Shown: positions 28,171-37,206 of the stretch, one piece after another
Layout: every line of letters begins with the position of its first letter
Position numbering within the stretch: the first letter of the stretch is position 1
IMG/VR virus record: IMGVR_UViG_3300010163_000004
Location: 72,935-136,934 of that record
Origin: a virus
Taxonomy: Duplodnaviria; Heunggongvirae; Uroviricota; Caudoviricetes
Length of the DNA: 64,000 bases
Reading direction: 5' to 3' (one strand)
Notes under the pieces: generated by a model
Seen by the model: only the letters and a program-made list of their open reading frames with translations
What the model was told of the DNA's origin: nothing
The model's database searches: none
Translations under genes and position numbers: made by a program

Positions 28171-28262
28171 TACACCGGGTGGGATTCGAACCCACAACGT
28201 GATCATTAATCTGTACCAGATCCTAAATCTGGCGCGTTTCAACCAAGTTTCGCCACCGATGC
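28171..28262 (-). tRNA. tRNA-Leu(UAG), type II
   Basis: Acceptor GCATCGG/CCGGTGT (two G-U pairs), anticodon arm CCAGA-TTTAGGA-TCTGG, long variable arm, T arm GTGGG-TTCGAAT-CCCAC, A73. Confidence 0.75.
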
Positions 28263-28300
28263 ATCATAAATACTAGTTTAAACCTCTTTTTTAGGTACAC

Positions 28301-28762
28301 TTAGGTTGCTTTTATTTCTTTGGCAACCTTAACCATTTCGTTATATTTCTCTACTACCTTATTAAAGTCTTCTTCAGATATTTGAAAGACTTTGTGAGAG
28401 TTTTCATACCACTCTTCTTGACCAGGAAACCACATTATATTAATATATCTCTTCTTCTCTAATTCCATATGTACCTTAGATGAATCAATATAAACTGAAT
28501 AGGCATCCTCTTCAATTCTACTACTTTGTGGATCGGTTGGGTCGGATGTAAGTCTGAAAAACATTGTTGACATACCATTAAAGTCTATCTTGAAACACTT
28601 TCCTATATAGCTTTTAAGTAGTGCTTTATGTCTATTGTCGCTGTCTACCTTCTCTTGGCGTCTTTTACGTTCTTCTTCCTTAACATATTCATTATACTCT
28701 CTTAGAGTGCTATCTGGATACTTGTCCAGATATTCTTCTATAGGACTCTTTCTTCCCCACAT
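28301..28762 (-). CDS. hypothetical protein (153 aa)
   Basis: ORF track. Confidence 0.5.
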   Translation of the reverse strand: MWGRKSPIEEYLDKYPDSTLREYNEYVKEEERKRRQEKVDSDNRHKALLKSYIGKCFKIDFNGMSTMFFRLTSDPTDPQSSRIEEDAYSVYIDSSKVHMELEKKRYINIMWFPGQEEWYENSHKVFQISEEDFNKVVEKYNEMVKVAKEIKAT

Positions 28763-28763
28763 C

Positions 28764-29180
28764 TTATACTACTTTAAGATGACAATAAATACTAAATTCT
28801 GGAATCGGAATCCAAGTTGCAATACTATTGCTATCTACTGGTTTACCCTTGTTGATTGTACAAATAGTGATATGAGGTTTAGCATTTGCACAAGGTAGAT
28901 ATTGGTCTCCCAGTTCTACTCCAAAAGCTATTGCTTTCTCAGAAATTCCTATTTTATTTACAATTAATCGAAAATTACCATCTATACGATATTGTAGGTT
29001 ATTAGCCATCTCTTCTTCATGTTGATTTTTATGGAGAAGAGTGCAATGGTCTAAATAAATAGTACTTCCTCTCTGGAACACCAGATTGCAAATAATAGGA
29101 TTTCCAATAATAACTTGCATAAGTTCGTTTCTAGTTGGTTCATCTAAGAACAATCCAAAATACTGATAATTCATACTCAA
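28764..29180 (-). CDS. hypothetical protein (138 aa)
   Basis: ORF track. Confidence 0.5.
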   Translation of the reverse strand: MSMNYQYFGLFLDEPTRNELMQVIIGNPIICNLVFQRGSTIYLDHCTLLHKNQHEEEMANNLQYRIDGNFRLIVNKIGISEKAIAFGVELGDQYLPCANAKPHITICTINKGKPVDSNSIATWIPIPEFSIYCHLKVV

Positions 29181-29195
29181 AAATTTAAATATTTG

Positions 29196-29268
29196 TTGGG
29201 AGTGCCAGATTCGAACTGACGACCTCTGGGCTATGCACCCAGCGAGCTGACCACTGCTCTAACTCCCA
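29196..29268 (-). tRNA. tRNA with anticodon CAU (Met or Ile2). U1-A72. Unusual G33 in the anticodon loop (TGCATAG).
   Basis: Acceptor TGGGAGT/ACTCCCA, D arm GAGC-AGTGGTCA-GCTC, anticodon stem CTGGG/CCCAG, T arm GTCAG-TTCGAAT-CTGGC. Confidence 0.6.
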
Positions 29269-29330
29269 CAGATCAACACATTGTCCTAGGCTATATTAAT
29301 CTATACTATTTATCTTCCGATAAATAGATG

Positions 29331-29404
29331 TGGGCATAGAGGGACTTGAACCCCCGACCTTGAATGTATAAGATTCCTGCGCTAACCAACTGCGCCATAT
29401 GCCC
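29331..29404 (-). tRNA. tRNA-Ile(UAU)
   Basis: Acceptor GGGCATA/TATGCCC, anticodon loop CTTATAC, T arm GGGGG-TTCAAGT-CCCTC. Reads AUA, which is frequent in this AT-rich genome. Confidence 0.7.
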
Positions 29405-29407
29405 AGC

Positions 29408-29572
29408 TTATTAATTTCTAACAACTATTTGTTCTTCTGGTTTTAACCTTTCTGCCGCATTAGAGTGTAGCTTACCACACCTAACACACCAACAAACCCC
29501 GAATGAATTTTCTCGAACTTTACATTTACCTTTATCACAGAACTTGACAACCTTTCTATAATCTTCTGGCTT
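29408..29572 (-). CDS. small zinc-ribbon protein (54 aa, MKPEDYRKVVKFCDKGKCK...CWCVRCGK)
   Basis: Hand translation. Below the ORF-track length cutoff. Confidence 0.4.
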
Positions 29573-29744
29573 CATATGATTAATTATTAATAGTTAAAAA
29601 TACAGCCTTTACTGCCTTCTCAGTCCTAAATATTTCGTGCTAGCTAAGAGTTATTATTAGGTAATACCGCAACGGATTTATTCAGCTGACTTTACCGTCT
29701 CTAAGTATGCAAGGTTAGGCTCCCCTAACGGGGCTGTATCGTAG

Positions 29745-29815
29745 TTGGACTACCAGGATTCGAACCTAGACAAACAGAACCAAAATCTGTTGTGCTACCA
29801 TTACACCATAGTCCA
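29745..29815 (-). tRNA. tRNA-Gln(UUG). U1-A72, A73. D arm TGGTGTAATGGTAGCAC shared with the suppressor tRNA at 45713.
   Basis: Acceptor TGGACTA/TAGTCCA, anticodon arm ACAGA-TTTTGGT-TCTGT, T arm CTAGG-TTCGAAT-CCTGG. Confidence 0.8.
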
Positions 29816-29878
29816 ATTTTGACTTAGCTATTCTCACGAACCAATAAGTCTATTTACCATGAAAACACACAATTCACG

Positions 29879-29951
29879 TGGGAAAGTCTGGTTACGATCC
29901 AGATCCTCCAGTTTTTCAGACTGGCGCTTCTACCAAGTTAGCTTCATTCCC
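29879..29951 (-). tRNA. tRNA-Phe(GAA), with one acceptor mismatch and an atypical T-loop ATCGTAA
   Basis: Anticodon arm CCAGT-CTGAAAA-ACTGG, T stem TCTGG/CCAGA, acceptor GGGAATG/CTTTCCC. Confidence 0.6.
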
Positions 29952-30207
29952 ATGTCCGTTTATAATATATACACTTAGATGAAGTAAACAGATAAAACCT
30001 TCATCTAAGGCAAAGAGTCCCAAAGCAAGTTAGGTCATATTATGGATATGTTTCGCACATATCAAAGCGACTTCAACGGACTTATGTTTATTAGCATTGT
30101 ACACTACTAATAACGTTTTGTTGGATTCATCCCTCAACCGCTACTACATATACTACATAAGGGGTCTATGCAGTCGATAGTCTACTAAGTGCACTTTCGA
30201 CTATCAG

Positions 30208-30462
30208 TTATTCCAACTCTAATATTTTTTTGTTCCACCAGTTAGTTAAATCTTGTAAAGAAAACTTAAATTCTTTTTCAAAGTCTTCTAACGGAACAAC
30301 CTCTTCTCCTACCTTTATAGCCCACTGCCAACACGCTTCTACTTCTGCTAGTTCGATAGGCTCCTCACATAGCCAAGTATCATCTAAAAGCATACTAAGA
30401 AATTCTTTATGAAGGCTTCTGAATATTTCAATTTTATCCTCCATGAACTTTATGATTTTCAT
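30208..30462 (-). CDS. hypothetical protein (84 aa)
   Basis: ORF track. A hairpin at 30172-30206 lies immediately downstream. Confidence 0.5.
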   Translation of the reverse strand: MKIIKFMEDKIEIFRSLHKEFLSMLLDDTWLCEEPIELAEVEACWQWAIKVGEEVVPLEDFEKEFKFSLQDLTNWWNKKILELE

Positions 30463-30853
30463 CCTGATTCACGAACTCTGCCTTAAGTTTATCCTTATAA
30501 AGCGGAATGATAGTATCAGCGGAATTAGTAAAGCAAAAATATTGTCCATTACTAAGTCTCTGGAAACGGATATACTTTATCCACCAATAATTAATTGAAT
30601 CTATTACCAGATGCCTCCAATCACCCTTACCACCAGATGCAGTCTCTAAACTCTTTAATAGAGGAATAATTTCGTCCTTATTAAACGAACATTGTTCCAC
30701 TACAGCTTGATTCTTTTTCAGGAAATTAGTTAATACTTCCCAAGGTTTGTCTATAGTGTCATAGACGACCATGCAAAAATCTCTTGTATCGCAGTGTACA
30801 CATTCAAAATCGGATAGCTCTACGATTGAATCTATGTATTTCCACTCGCTCAT
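30434..30853 (-). CDS. hypothetical protein (139 aa)
   Basis: ORF track. Confidence 0.5.
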   Translation of the reverse strand: MSEWKYIDSIVELSDFECVHCDTRDFCMVVYDTIDKPWEVLTNFLKKNQAVVEQCSFNKDEIIPLLKSLETASGGKGDWRHLVIDSINYWWIKYIRFQRLSNGQYFCFTNSADTIIPLYKDKLKAEFVNQDENHKVHGG

Positions 30854-30877
30854 ATCTAATAATTATTTAAGTTAATG

Positions 30878-30962
30878 CGGAGGCAGCAGGATTCGAACCT
30901 GCGAGTCCCGAAGGACTACCGCATTAGCAGTGCGGTGGTTTAAGCCACTCACCCATGCCTCC
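30878..30962 (-). tRNA. tRNA-Ser(GCU), type II, G73
   Basis: Acceptor GGAGGCA/TGCCTCC, anticodon arm CCGCA-CTGCTAA-TGCGG, variable hairpin GTCC-TTCG-GGAC, T arm GCAGG-TTCGAAT-CCTGC. Confidence 0.85.
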
Positions 30963-31022
30963 AAATTGCGAAGGGGCTTTTGTTATACTTTACTAATTCT
31001 TTGTAAAGCCCCTTCGCTGTGA

Positions 31023-32975
31023 TTACTTCACTTCTTCAAACTCAGCTGCTTGCTTCTTGCCGAACATTTCCTTTACTGTGTCAGCGAAAGGAATAGAACG
31101 CAACAAGTCAAGAGCAGGATTCAAGTTCTCAGCAGTCTTAGCCATGAAATTACCAGCGGTATTCTCATTACCATAAACAGTAACCTGTCCAAGGTGAATG
31201 TGTTCAAACATCTGAGCAGATGCCTGAGCAATACCAGCCAATTGGTCAACAGTCTTGTACTGAACCACCATTTGTGGAGTCAAGCCAGATTCAATCATCT
31301 TCTCAACTGCCAAGGCTGGAGCCATTTCGATAGCTTGAACCTTATCAGCTTCTGCCATCAATGATGCTCTCTTACCTTCGGCTTCAGCAAGCAATTTCTT
31401 GCGAGTACCTTCTGCCTCTGCTTCTAACTGCAGTTTAGTAGCGTCAGCTTTCGCTTCTGCTTCTTTCAAAATCTTTGCAGCTTCTGCTTCTGCTTCCAAT
31501 ACCGCTTTGGCTTTAATTGCTTCTGCTTCAATAGTTACCTTCTCTTTTTGTTTCTGAGCAGGAACAATTACTTCAGCTTGAAGTTTTGCTTCCTCTGCCT
31601 TAGCAGCGGCTTCGTTAACCTCAATCTGACGTTCTTGTTCTGTTTTGGCTACAGCCATTCTTGCTTCTACTTTAGAAGTACCAGCTACCTTTTCTGCTTC
31701 AGCTTGCGCCTGTGCAGCTTCTCCTTTTGCCTTTGATACTTCAATAGTTGCTTTCTGCTCAGCTACTCCAGCTTGCTTGTCAGCTTCTGCAGCCTTGATT
31801 CTCTTCTGAGACTCGTACTCTGCAGTAGCAGCTTCTTGCTCATTAATTGCTTTCTGAGTATCTGCTTCCTGCTTTTGCTTAGCTTGAGCAATACGAGTTT
31901 GCTTCAAAGCTTCAGCCTCAGCTTTCTTAGAATCTGCTTCTGCTTGAGCTTTAGCTACATTAGCTTCTGCTTCTGCGTCAGCAGCGGCTTTCTTAGAAGC
32001 AGCCTCTGAAGCGGATTTTGCTACATTAGCTATTCTCTGAGATTCTGCCTCAGCTTTAGCTGATTCTGCTTGAGTGTTTGCACGAGCAATACTAGCTTCT
32101 TGTTCCGCTTTCTGTTCAGCAATACCAGCTTGTTTGTTCTTCTCCGCTTCTGCCAAGCGAATAGCTTTCTCCTGATTAATCTCAGCAACCTTTACTTCCT
32201 GTTCTTGCTTAGTCTGAGCAACTGTAGTTTCTCTTTCCTTTTCAGCATCGGCTACGGCAATCTCACGCTGTTTGTTGGTTTCTGCAATCTGAATATCTCC
32301 TTTCTTCTTCTCTTCTGCAATGTCAGCCTGTGCCTGAGCAAGGGCCTTAGTCGCAGCCTTTTGCCCAAGATTTTTGATATAGTTTGCATCATCCGAGATA
32401 TCAGCATTGTTAATATTGATAATACTGAAACCTACCTTGTTCAACTCAGTTTCAATATTCTCTTTTGCCTTGCCAATAAACTTAATTCTATCGGCATTTA
32501 TTTCCTCAATCGTCATTGTTGCCATTAAGCTTCTCACTTCACCAATGAGAATATCCTTGATTTGGTCTGAGATCTCAGAAGTTTTGGCTGTCAAGAACCT
32601 GCTCGCAGCGTTTTGCATTAGTACTTGATCGGTTCCTATACCAGTAGTTAATGTTACGGGAATCCTAACCTTAATCATTTGGCTGGATACTCCCTCTACC
32701 ATTACCTGAATCTGAATAGGTTTCAAGGACATTTTAGCCCAATCTTGAATGACAGGCATTACGAATGTACCTCCACCGTGGATGATTTTAGACGGCAGTA
32801 TAACTTCCTCTGTTTTACCAGTCTTCTCATTAACTACCTTCTTCTTTCCTGCCTTACCAAATACTACCAGGATTTCATCACTAGCACACTTACGATATCG
32901 AGACAAGAGTCCGATGAAAGTTGCGACCACTAAGAGCACAATAACACCTGCTACAATAAGAGTTTCTGTCATCAT
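31023..32975 (-). CDS. SPFH/band-7 (flotillin or YqiK-like) membrane protein with a very long Ala/Glu/Lys-rich coiled-coil region
   Basis: 650 aa. N-terminal TM helix, SPFH-domain region, then about 350 aa of AEAKAEAE-type heptad repeats. The antisense ORFs called in this region are low-complexity artefacts. Confidence 0.65.
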   Translation of the reverse strand: MMTETLIVAGVIVLLVVATFIGLLSRYRKCASDEILVVFGKAGKKKVVNEKTGKTEEVILPSKIIHGGGTFVMPVIQDWAKMSLKPIQIQVMVEGVSSQMIKVRIPVTLTTGIGTDQVLMQNAASRFLTAKTSEISDQIKDILIGEVRSLMATMTIEEINADRIKFIGKAKENIETELNKVGFSIININNADISDDANYIKNLGQKAATKALAQAQADIAEEKKKGDIQIAETNKQREIAVADAEKERETTVAQTKQEQEVKVAEINQEKAIRLAEAEKNKQAGIAEQKAEQEASIARANTQAESAKAEAESQRIANVAKSASEAASKKAAADAEAEANVAKAQAEADSKKAEAEALKQTRIAQAKQKQEADTQKAINEQEAATAEYESQKRIKAAEADKQAGVAEQKATIEVSKAKGEAAQAQAEAEKVAGTSKVEARMAVAKTEQERQIEVNEAAAKAEEAKLQAEVIVPAQKQKEKVTIEAEAIKAKAVLEAEAEAAKILKEAEAKADATKLQLEAEAEGTRKKLLAEAEGKRASLMAEADKVQAIEMAPALAVEKMIESGLTPQMVVQYKTVDQLAGIAQASAQMFEHIHLGQVTVYGNENTAGNFMAKTAENLNPALDLLRSIPFADTVKEMFGKKQAAEFEEVK

Positions 32976-32988
32976 TTAAAAATTCCTT

Positions 32989-33507
32989 TTAGTTAAAATA
33001 ATACTTTCCATTCTCAAATTTTGAAATTACCACACGAGTTCCAACCATATATCCCATTTTTGGGACTTCTGGATATGCAACAATTTCCTTAGAACCTCCA
33101 TTTACTTCAATAGTAATGAAGAAATGATTTTCACAAGGAACTGTAATAATTCCAACCCTTCCAATCAAGGCTTCACCTTCTTCTGGAATAACCTGATGCT
33201 GGAGTTTTAAACAAAGTTTATATAAGCAGTAAAGTATAACCACAAAAAGAATACCGCATATTAATGCGATTAAATAATCGTACCATTCTATAGAATGAGA
33301 AACAGAATGCTTAATACAAAGCCATCCACTTGCTCCCATTACAAAATGTACTAGTCCTTTAAAAGAGACAATGTCTCCCACATCCATGTCCAATTCTCCA
33401 TCTAAATCTACATCCAAGTCAGTGTCGCCACCAAACCAAGAGAGTATGAACTGAACAATAAAAATGCCATACGAAATGGCTGCTAAAAGATAATAAGTTT
33501 CGCTCAT
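32989..33507 (-). CDS. NfeD-like (YqiJ or YuaF-type) membrane protein, the usual operon partner of SPFH proteins
   Basis: 172 aa. N-terminal TM helices plus a C-terminal OB-fold-like beta-rich region. Lies immediately upstream of the SPFH gene on the same strand. Confidence 0.5.
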   Translation of the reverse strand: MSETYYLLAAISYGIFIVQFILSWFGGDTDLDVDLDGELDMDVGDIVSFKGLVHFVMGASGWLCIKHSVSHSIEWYDYLIALICGILFVVILYCLYKLCLKLQHQVIPEEGEALIGRVGIITVPCENHFFITIEVNGGSKEIVAYPEVPKMGYMVGTRVVISKFENGKYYFN

Positions 33508-33568
33508 TGTAAGTTCGTATTATGAAGTCCGTCTTTTTTACATTTACTACAAATCTTAGTTTCCATAG

Positions 33569-33642
33569 CACGCCCGTCAGGATTCGAACCTGAGAATAAT
33601 AGTTTTGGAGACTATCCTCTTAGACCACTTGAGTACAGGCGC
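33569..33642 (-). tRNA. tRNA-Trp(CCA), G73
   Basis: Acceptor GCGCCTG/CGGGCGT, anticodon arm ATAGT-CTCCAAA-ACTAT, T arm TCAGG-TTCGAAT-CCTGA. Confidence 0.8.
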
Positions 33643-33647
33643 ATTAG

Positions 33648-33736
33648 CGGAAGGATAGGGATTCGAACCCTAGGGACGTTTTACCGCCCGACGATTTTCA
33701 AGACCGTTGCATTAAACCTAACTCTGCCACCCTTCC
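33648..33736 (-). tRNA. tRNA-Ser(UGA), type II, G73
   Basis: Acceptor GGAAGGG/TCCTTCC, anticodon loop CTTGAAA, variable hairpin GGGCG-GTAAAA-CGTCC, T arm TAGGG-TTCGAAT-CCCTA. Confidence 0.8.
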
Positions 33737-33821
33737 AAAGGACTAACTAATTAGTTAGTCTAACTACATAAGCAATAATACACAGAATATAGCTAGAATA
33801 CACCAGCCTATAGCCTGCTCC

Positions 33822-34301
33822 TCAGCCAAATACACAAATCATAGAAGAAATAAAGAATACTGCGCCACTGACTACACTTATCCATCCGCCAGCATCTTCA
33901 ACATCTTTAGATAGTTTTCCTCTTCCAGTTATTAGTAAAAATAGAGATATTCCTAACAGTAATGTACCTATTACGACTCCGGCTATCTCCTTATATAGTA
34001 ATTTCCATACTACAATAGTTATCGCTGTTTGTCCTAGATTAGATTCAGATATTCTTATAGCCGAATCTTCAACTGCCTTTAGTGTCTCATTTACTGCAAC
34101 TCCAATCTCTTTTCCGAGATTGGCATATTCAGATACTTCTTTGATTTCTCCTTTTATAGCTTTCTCAGTAGTTATTTTCTCGATTTGAGTTCTAGTTTCA
34201 CCAGGTAACTTATCATAGTCTTCTTGTGATACAGTTATCTGAGAAAAAGCTGCTACGCTCATCCAGAGCATAGCAAGCATAAGTACAAGGAACTTTTTCA
34301 T
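33822..34301 (-). CDS. secreted or membrane protein (signal peptide plus C-terminal TM helices)
   Basis: 159 aa. ORF track. Confidence 0.55.
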   Translation of the reverse strand: MKKFLVLMLAMLWMSVAAFSQITVSQEDYDKLPGETRTQIEKITTEKAIKGEIKEVSEYANLGKEIGVAVNETLKAVEDSAIRISESNLGQTAITIVVWKLLYKEIAGVVIGTLLLGISLFLLITGRGKLSKDVEDAGGWISVVSGAVFFISSMICVFG

Positions 34302-34936
34302 TAGTCACACCATTCAAATTCTTTACCTTCAAAATGTCTTGCAAAACAGGCATCAAACACTAGCTTTCCAAACTGAGTTGATACATATTTGGCAATCTCC
34401 TCAGATTTGCACGCAAGCATCCCGACATCGGAATAGGCACTGCCGACGCCAACGCTAGAAGCGAAAGAGCCGAGACCCGCAAGGCCGCCAGAATTCGCGT
34501 AGCCGCCCACCAATGCGAATTTCTCGCCCTGATAACGGAAGTGTCCAATGACCTCTGCATCTTCCGGCACTGATTTCATTCTAAAGAACCGAACCCAAGG
34601 ATACCATACAGTTCCAGTTAATAGATTGAACTTGTGCTTTTCATTCAGCGCATCCAGAATTGTTTGCAACTTAGCTAGAGAATTTACGGACTCATTATAG
34701 CTAACCGCATCTCTAACAACATATCCAAGATAGTCTCTGGCATCTCCGTAAGTTTTTATCTTGTTTGTTATAACATCTTCTAAAACAATTTCTACTTTTC
34801 CAGTCTCTGCATTGTAAACTGGTTTATAACCATTAGGACATTCGATTTCAATTATCTTTTTCATTCGTTGTAATTTTATTATGTAAATAATACTAATTAT
34901 ATAGAATATTATTAGATTTTTCTTCATTTTTACCAA
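34301..34936 (-). CDS. hypothetical protein with Gly/Ser/Ala-rich segment. The encoding DNA at 34380-34560 is a local GC-rich island.
   Basis: 211 aa. ORF track. The internal ORF 34360..34560 is an artefact of the GC-rich stretch. Confidence 0.55.
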   Translation of the reverse strand: MVKMKKNLIIFYIISIIYIIKLQRMKKIIEIECPNGYKPVYNAETGKVEIVLEDVITNKIKTYGDARDYLGYVVRDAVSYNESVNSLAKLQTILDALNEKHKFNLLTGTVWYPWVRFFRMKSVPEDAEVIGHFRYQGEKFALVGGYANSGGLAGLGSFASSVGVGSAYSDVGMLACKSEEIAKYVSTQFGKLVFDACFARHFEGKEFEWCD

Positions 34937-35418
34937 TCAGTTGAAAGAGCTAACCGAATAGTGTCTTCGCCAAGAATTTTAATAGCTTTTCTGGCAGTAT
35001 CTTCATTTTTAAAATAAACTATCTCTCCATTCGCGAAAACAACCCCATTAATCTTTAAAGTATCGTAATTATTTATTTCAATATAATATTTTACTTCCTC
35101 TCCATCATTCCAATCTGGCTTCCAATTACCATTGAGGTATTTAGCAACATTCATCAATTTATTAATGGCAAGAAGCTTTTTAAGTTGCTTTTCAGAAGTA
35201 CCATTGTTAGGATCGGCATACCCAGGACCCAAAGGAGGTGTACCACAAACTCCCCCATCATAGTCAATATAAAAAAATTTTTTATTAAAGAAGAGAGCTT
35301 TTGCTACATCGTCATAACAGATAACTTTACAAGGTTTAAACTTAATACACTCAAATGTACTATTTTTTTTATCAATTTCCATTCCATCGGGAATGGTTAT
35401 GTGAATTTCGTTTTTCAT
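34930..35418 (-). CDS. hypothetical protein (162 aa)
   Basis: ORF track. Confidence 0.5.
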   Translation of the reverse strand: MKNEIHITIPDGMEIDKKNSTFECIKFKPCKVICYDDVAKALFFNKKFFYIDYDGGVCGTPPLGPGYADPNNGTSEKQLKKLLAINKLMNVAKYLNGNWKPDWNDGEEVKYYIEINNYDTLKINGVVFANGEIVYFKNEDTARKAIKILGEDTIRLALSTDW

Positions 35419-35896
35419 AATTATTTTTTTTTTCTTTATTTGACTTGTTATAATATTCCCTTAACCAATCAATTAACTCATAATCAGGAGAGTCTCCTTC
35501 ATAATAGTAAGTTTCATCAGTGCTAAAGTCTGTAATACATCCTCCAAGATGAATTGGCTTAGTTTTTGCTTTATACAGAGCCTCTTCCTCTGGTGTTAGC
35601 TTAAAAGAAGGAACATTCTTAATAAGCCAAGCTATATATTGAGGGTCTAAAAGTATTATTCTACCAACCCTATTACCTTTGTACTTACCAAATTTTAAAA
35701 GGTTATTTCTGGTAAAGGAATCTATAAGTTCTAAAGCAGTTATCTCTCCAGGATAACAGAGCATTCTGTGATAAAATATATTAAGATTCCAAGCTATATT
35801 ATCTAGATTTGACAATAGTTTCTTTTCGTACTCAGATGCTTCTTGTTTATTATCGAATGTTCTGTTATATACCTTATATGTTATTACCTCTTGCAT
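35372..35896 (-). CDS. hypothetical protein (174 aa)
   Basis: ORF track. Confidence 0.5.
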   Translation of the reverse strand: MQEVITYKVYNRTFDNKQEASEYEKKLLSNLDNIAWNLNIFYHRMLCYPGEITALELIDSFTRNNLLKFGKYKGNRVGRIILLDPQYIAWLIKNVPSFKLTPEEEALYKAKTKPIHLGGCITDFSTDETYYYEGDSPDYELIDWLREYYNKSNKEKKNNYEKRNSHNHSRWNGN

Positions 35897-35900
35897 ACTA

Positions 35901-36551
35901 TCATTGTATTATATAGAAATCTTTAATAAGTTGAACATTTTCAGGATATGAGAAAAATTCTTCAGCTTGTTCTTTTGTATGAAAAGCAATATGATGTATT
36001 CCTTTATCAGCTAAATCATCAACTTCATAAATTCCTAAGAAATTACCTTGATTAAATTCTGGCAGTATAATCCAAATAGGAGTATCAGAATGACCAAACC
36101 ATCCATCAGTGATGTTACCACCATATCCAACTTCTATAAGTTGGTATATTTTAAGAAGAGCAAGAGCTGATCTTTCAATTGGAGTAGGATTGCTAATTTT
36201 AATACATGTAGCTCTTACACTATCAATTTCGTGTAGGGAATAACATTTATTTTGAGAAACATCGCATAATTCACTCCACGTCTTAGGCAATTTAGATTTC
36301 TGCTTCTCAGCCCATTTGTTCCAATCTCTTTGGTTTTTGGAAGGGAATATATTAATTTCACCCTCGCAAGCATATTTTCCATCATTTAAAAATGTAACGC
36401 TAATTTCATCTACATCCTGTGATAGTGTGTCAAAGGTTATCAAACTATTAGTAACACTCTGAAGTACTAATGTTCCGAAGCAAGGACTATAAAAAGATTC
36501 TCCTTCATGCCCTTTTAATATCTTATATAAATCTAATTCTTCGTTTTGCAT
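35901..36551 (-). CDS. hypothetical protein (216 aa)
   Basis: ORF track. Confidence 0.55.
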   Translation of the reverse strand: MQNEELDLYKILKGHEGESFYSPCFGTLVLQSVTNSLITFDTLSQDVDEISVTFLNDGKYACEGEINIFPSKNQRDWNKWAEKQKSKLPKTWSELCDVSQNKCYSLHEIDSVRATCIKISNPTPIERSALALLKIYQLIEVGYGGNITDGWFGHSDTPIWIILPEFNQGNFLGIYEVDDLADKGIHHIAFHTKEQAEEFFSYPENVQLIKDFYIIQ

Positions 36552-36552
36552 A

Positions 36553-37206
36553 TTATTTGATTAGAAATTTCCAATCTTCTCCTACATATCGACCTCTAAC
36601 ATCTACAATACATCCTTTTGGTAGTTTCCACTTCCTAATTCTACGCATTATAGCTTTAAGGCTTTTGAGTTTCAAATCAGCACCAGAATTATACCTATTA
36701 CCTAATTCATGTGAAAAAGTAAATATGTCAAACTCATCATTGTACCATAGTAGTTCATCATTATACCTGACTTCTATAGTAACGTAAGTTACACGCTTTC
36801 CATAATAATTAAGGATACTAAATGGCTTTCGATTGTGATATTTACTATCCTTAATTATTTTAAGTTTAGTACCTGGTTCTGGTCTGACAAATGTATCATA
36901 TTTACTTGTTCCATTTTTAATTGCTTCAATATATTCCTCATCATACACTTCCATCATTCTCTCTTGTATTATCTTAAGAGGACAATACTTGATAAGGAAG
37001 TAATCAGTAGTATTAGAGGTATTCATGATAGGAAGCTCATCCTCTCCATTAAAATATTCCTCTTTTAAATCATAACAAGAGTTAATTGGCTTTACAATTA
37101 TGCCATTTGGGCAAGTAAACTCATGTTCTCTTGCCCACTTTATTACCTCCTGATATTCTTCCCAGGAAGAAGTATATGTTTTATCAATGCCGGCCATATT
37201 TATCAA
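36553..37206 (-). CDS. hypothetical protein (217 aa)
   Basis: ORF track. Confidence 0.55.
   Translation of the reverse strand: MINMAGIDKTYTSSWEEYQEVIKWAREHEFTCPNGIIVKPINSCYDLKEEYFNGEDELPIMNTSNTTDYFLIKYCPLKIIQERMMEVYDEEYIEAIKNGTSKYDTFVRPEPGTKLKIIKDSKYHNRKPFSILNYYGKRVTYVTIEVRYNDELLWYNDEFDIFTFSHELGNRYNSGADLKLKSLKAIMRRIRKWKLPKGCIVDVRGRYVGEDWKFLIK

Noticed and set aside
28171-28175. Apparent 5-nt overlap between tRNA-Leu(UAG) and the ORF 27723..28175
   Set aside because: The ORF-track start is a GTG. The first ATG (MNRELRR...) lies about 23 nt downstream, which removes the overlap.
31300-32300. Short periodic nucleotide repeats (gcttctgc, agcttc and similar), considered as a possible CRISPR array or satellite
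   Set aside because: The periodicity is coding (heptad Ala/Glu/Lys repeats) within one long ORF. There are no spacer and repeat units of CRISPR size and no cas genes.
31050-32979. Cluster of plus-strand ORFs (104, 62, 78, 152, 73, 84, 76 aa) antisense to the 31023-32975 gene
   Set aside because: They are rich in low-complexity L, S, F and C residues. They are generated by the antisense of the GCT/GAA/AAG-rich coiled-coil repeats of the SPFH protein. They are not independent genes and not a CRISPR or repeat array.
34360-34560. 66-aa minus-strand ORF (Arg/Ala-rich) inside 34301-34936
   Set aside because: It is an out-of-frame artefact of the local GC-rich segment encoding the Gly/Ser/Ala-rich part of the host ORF.
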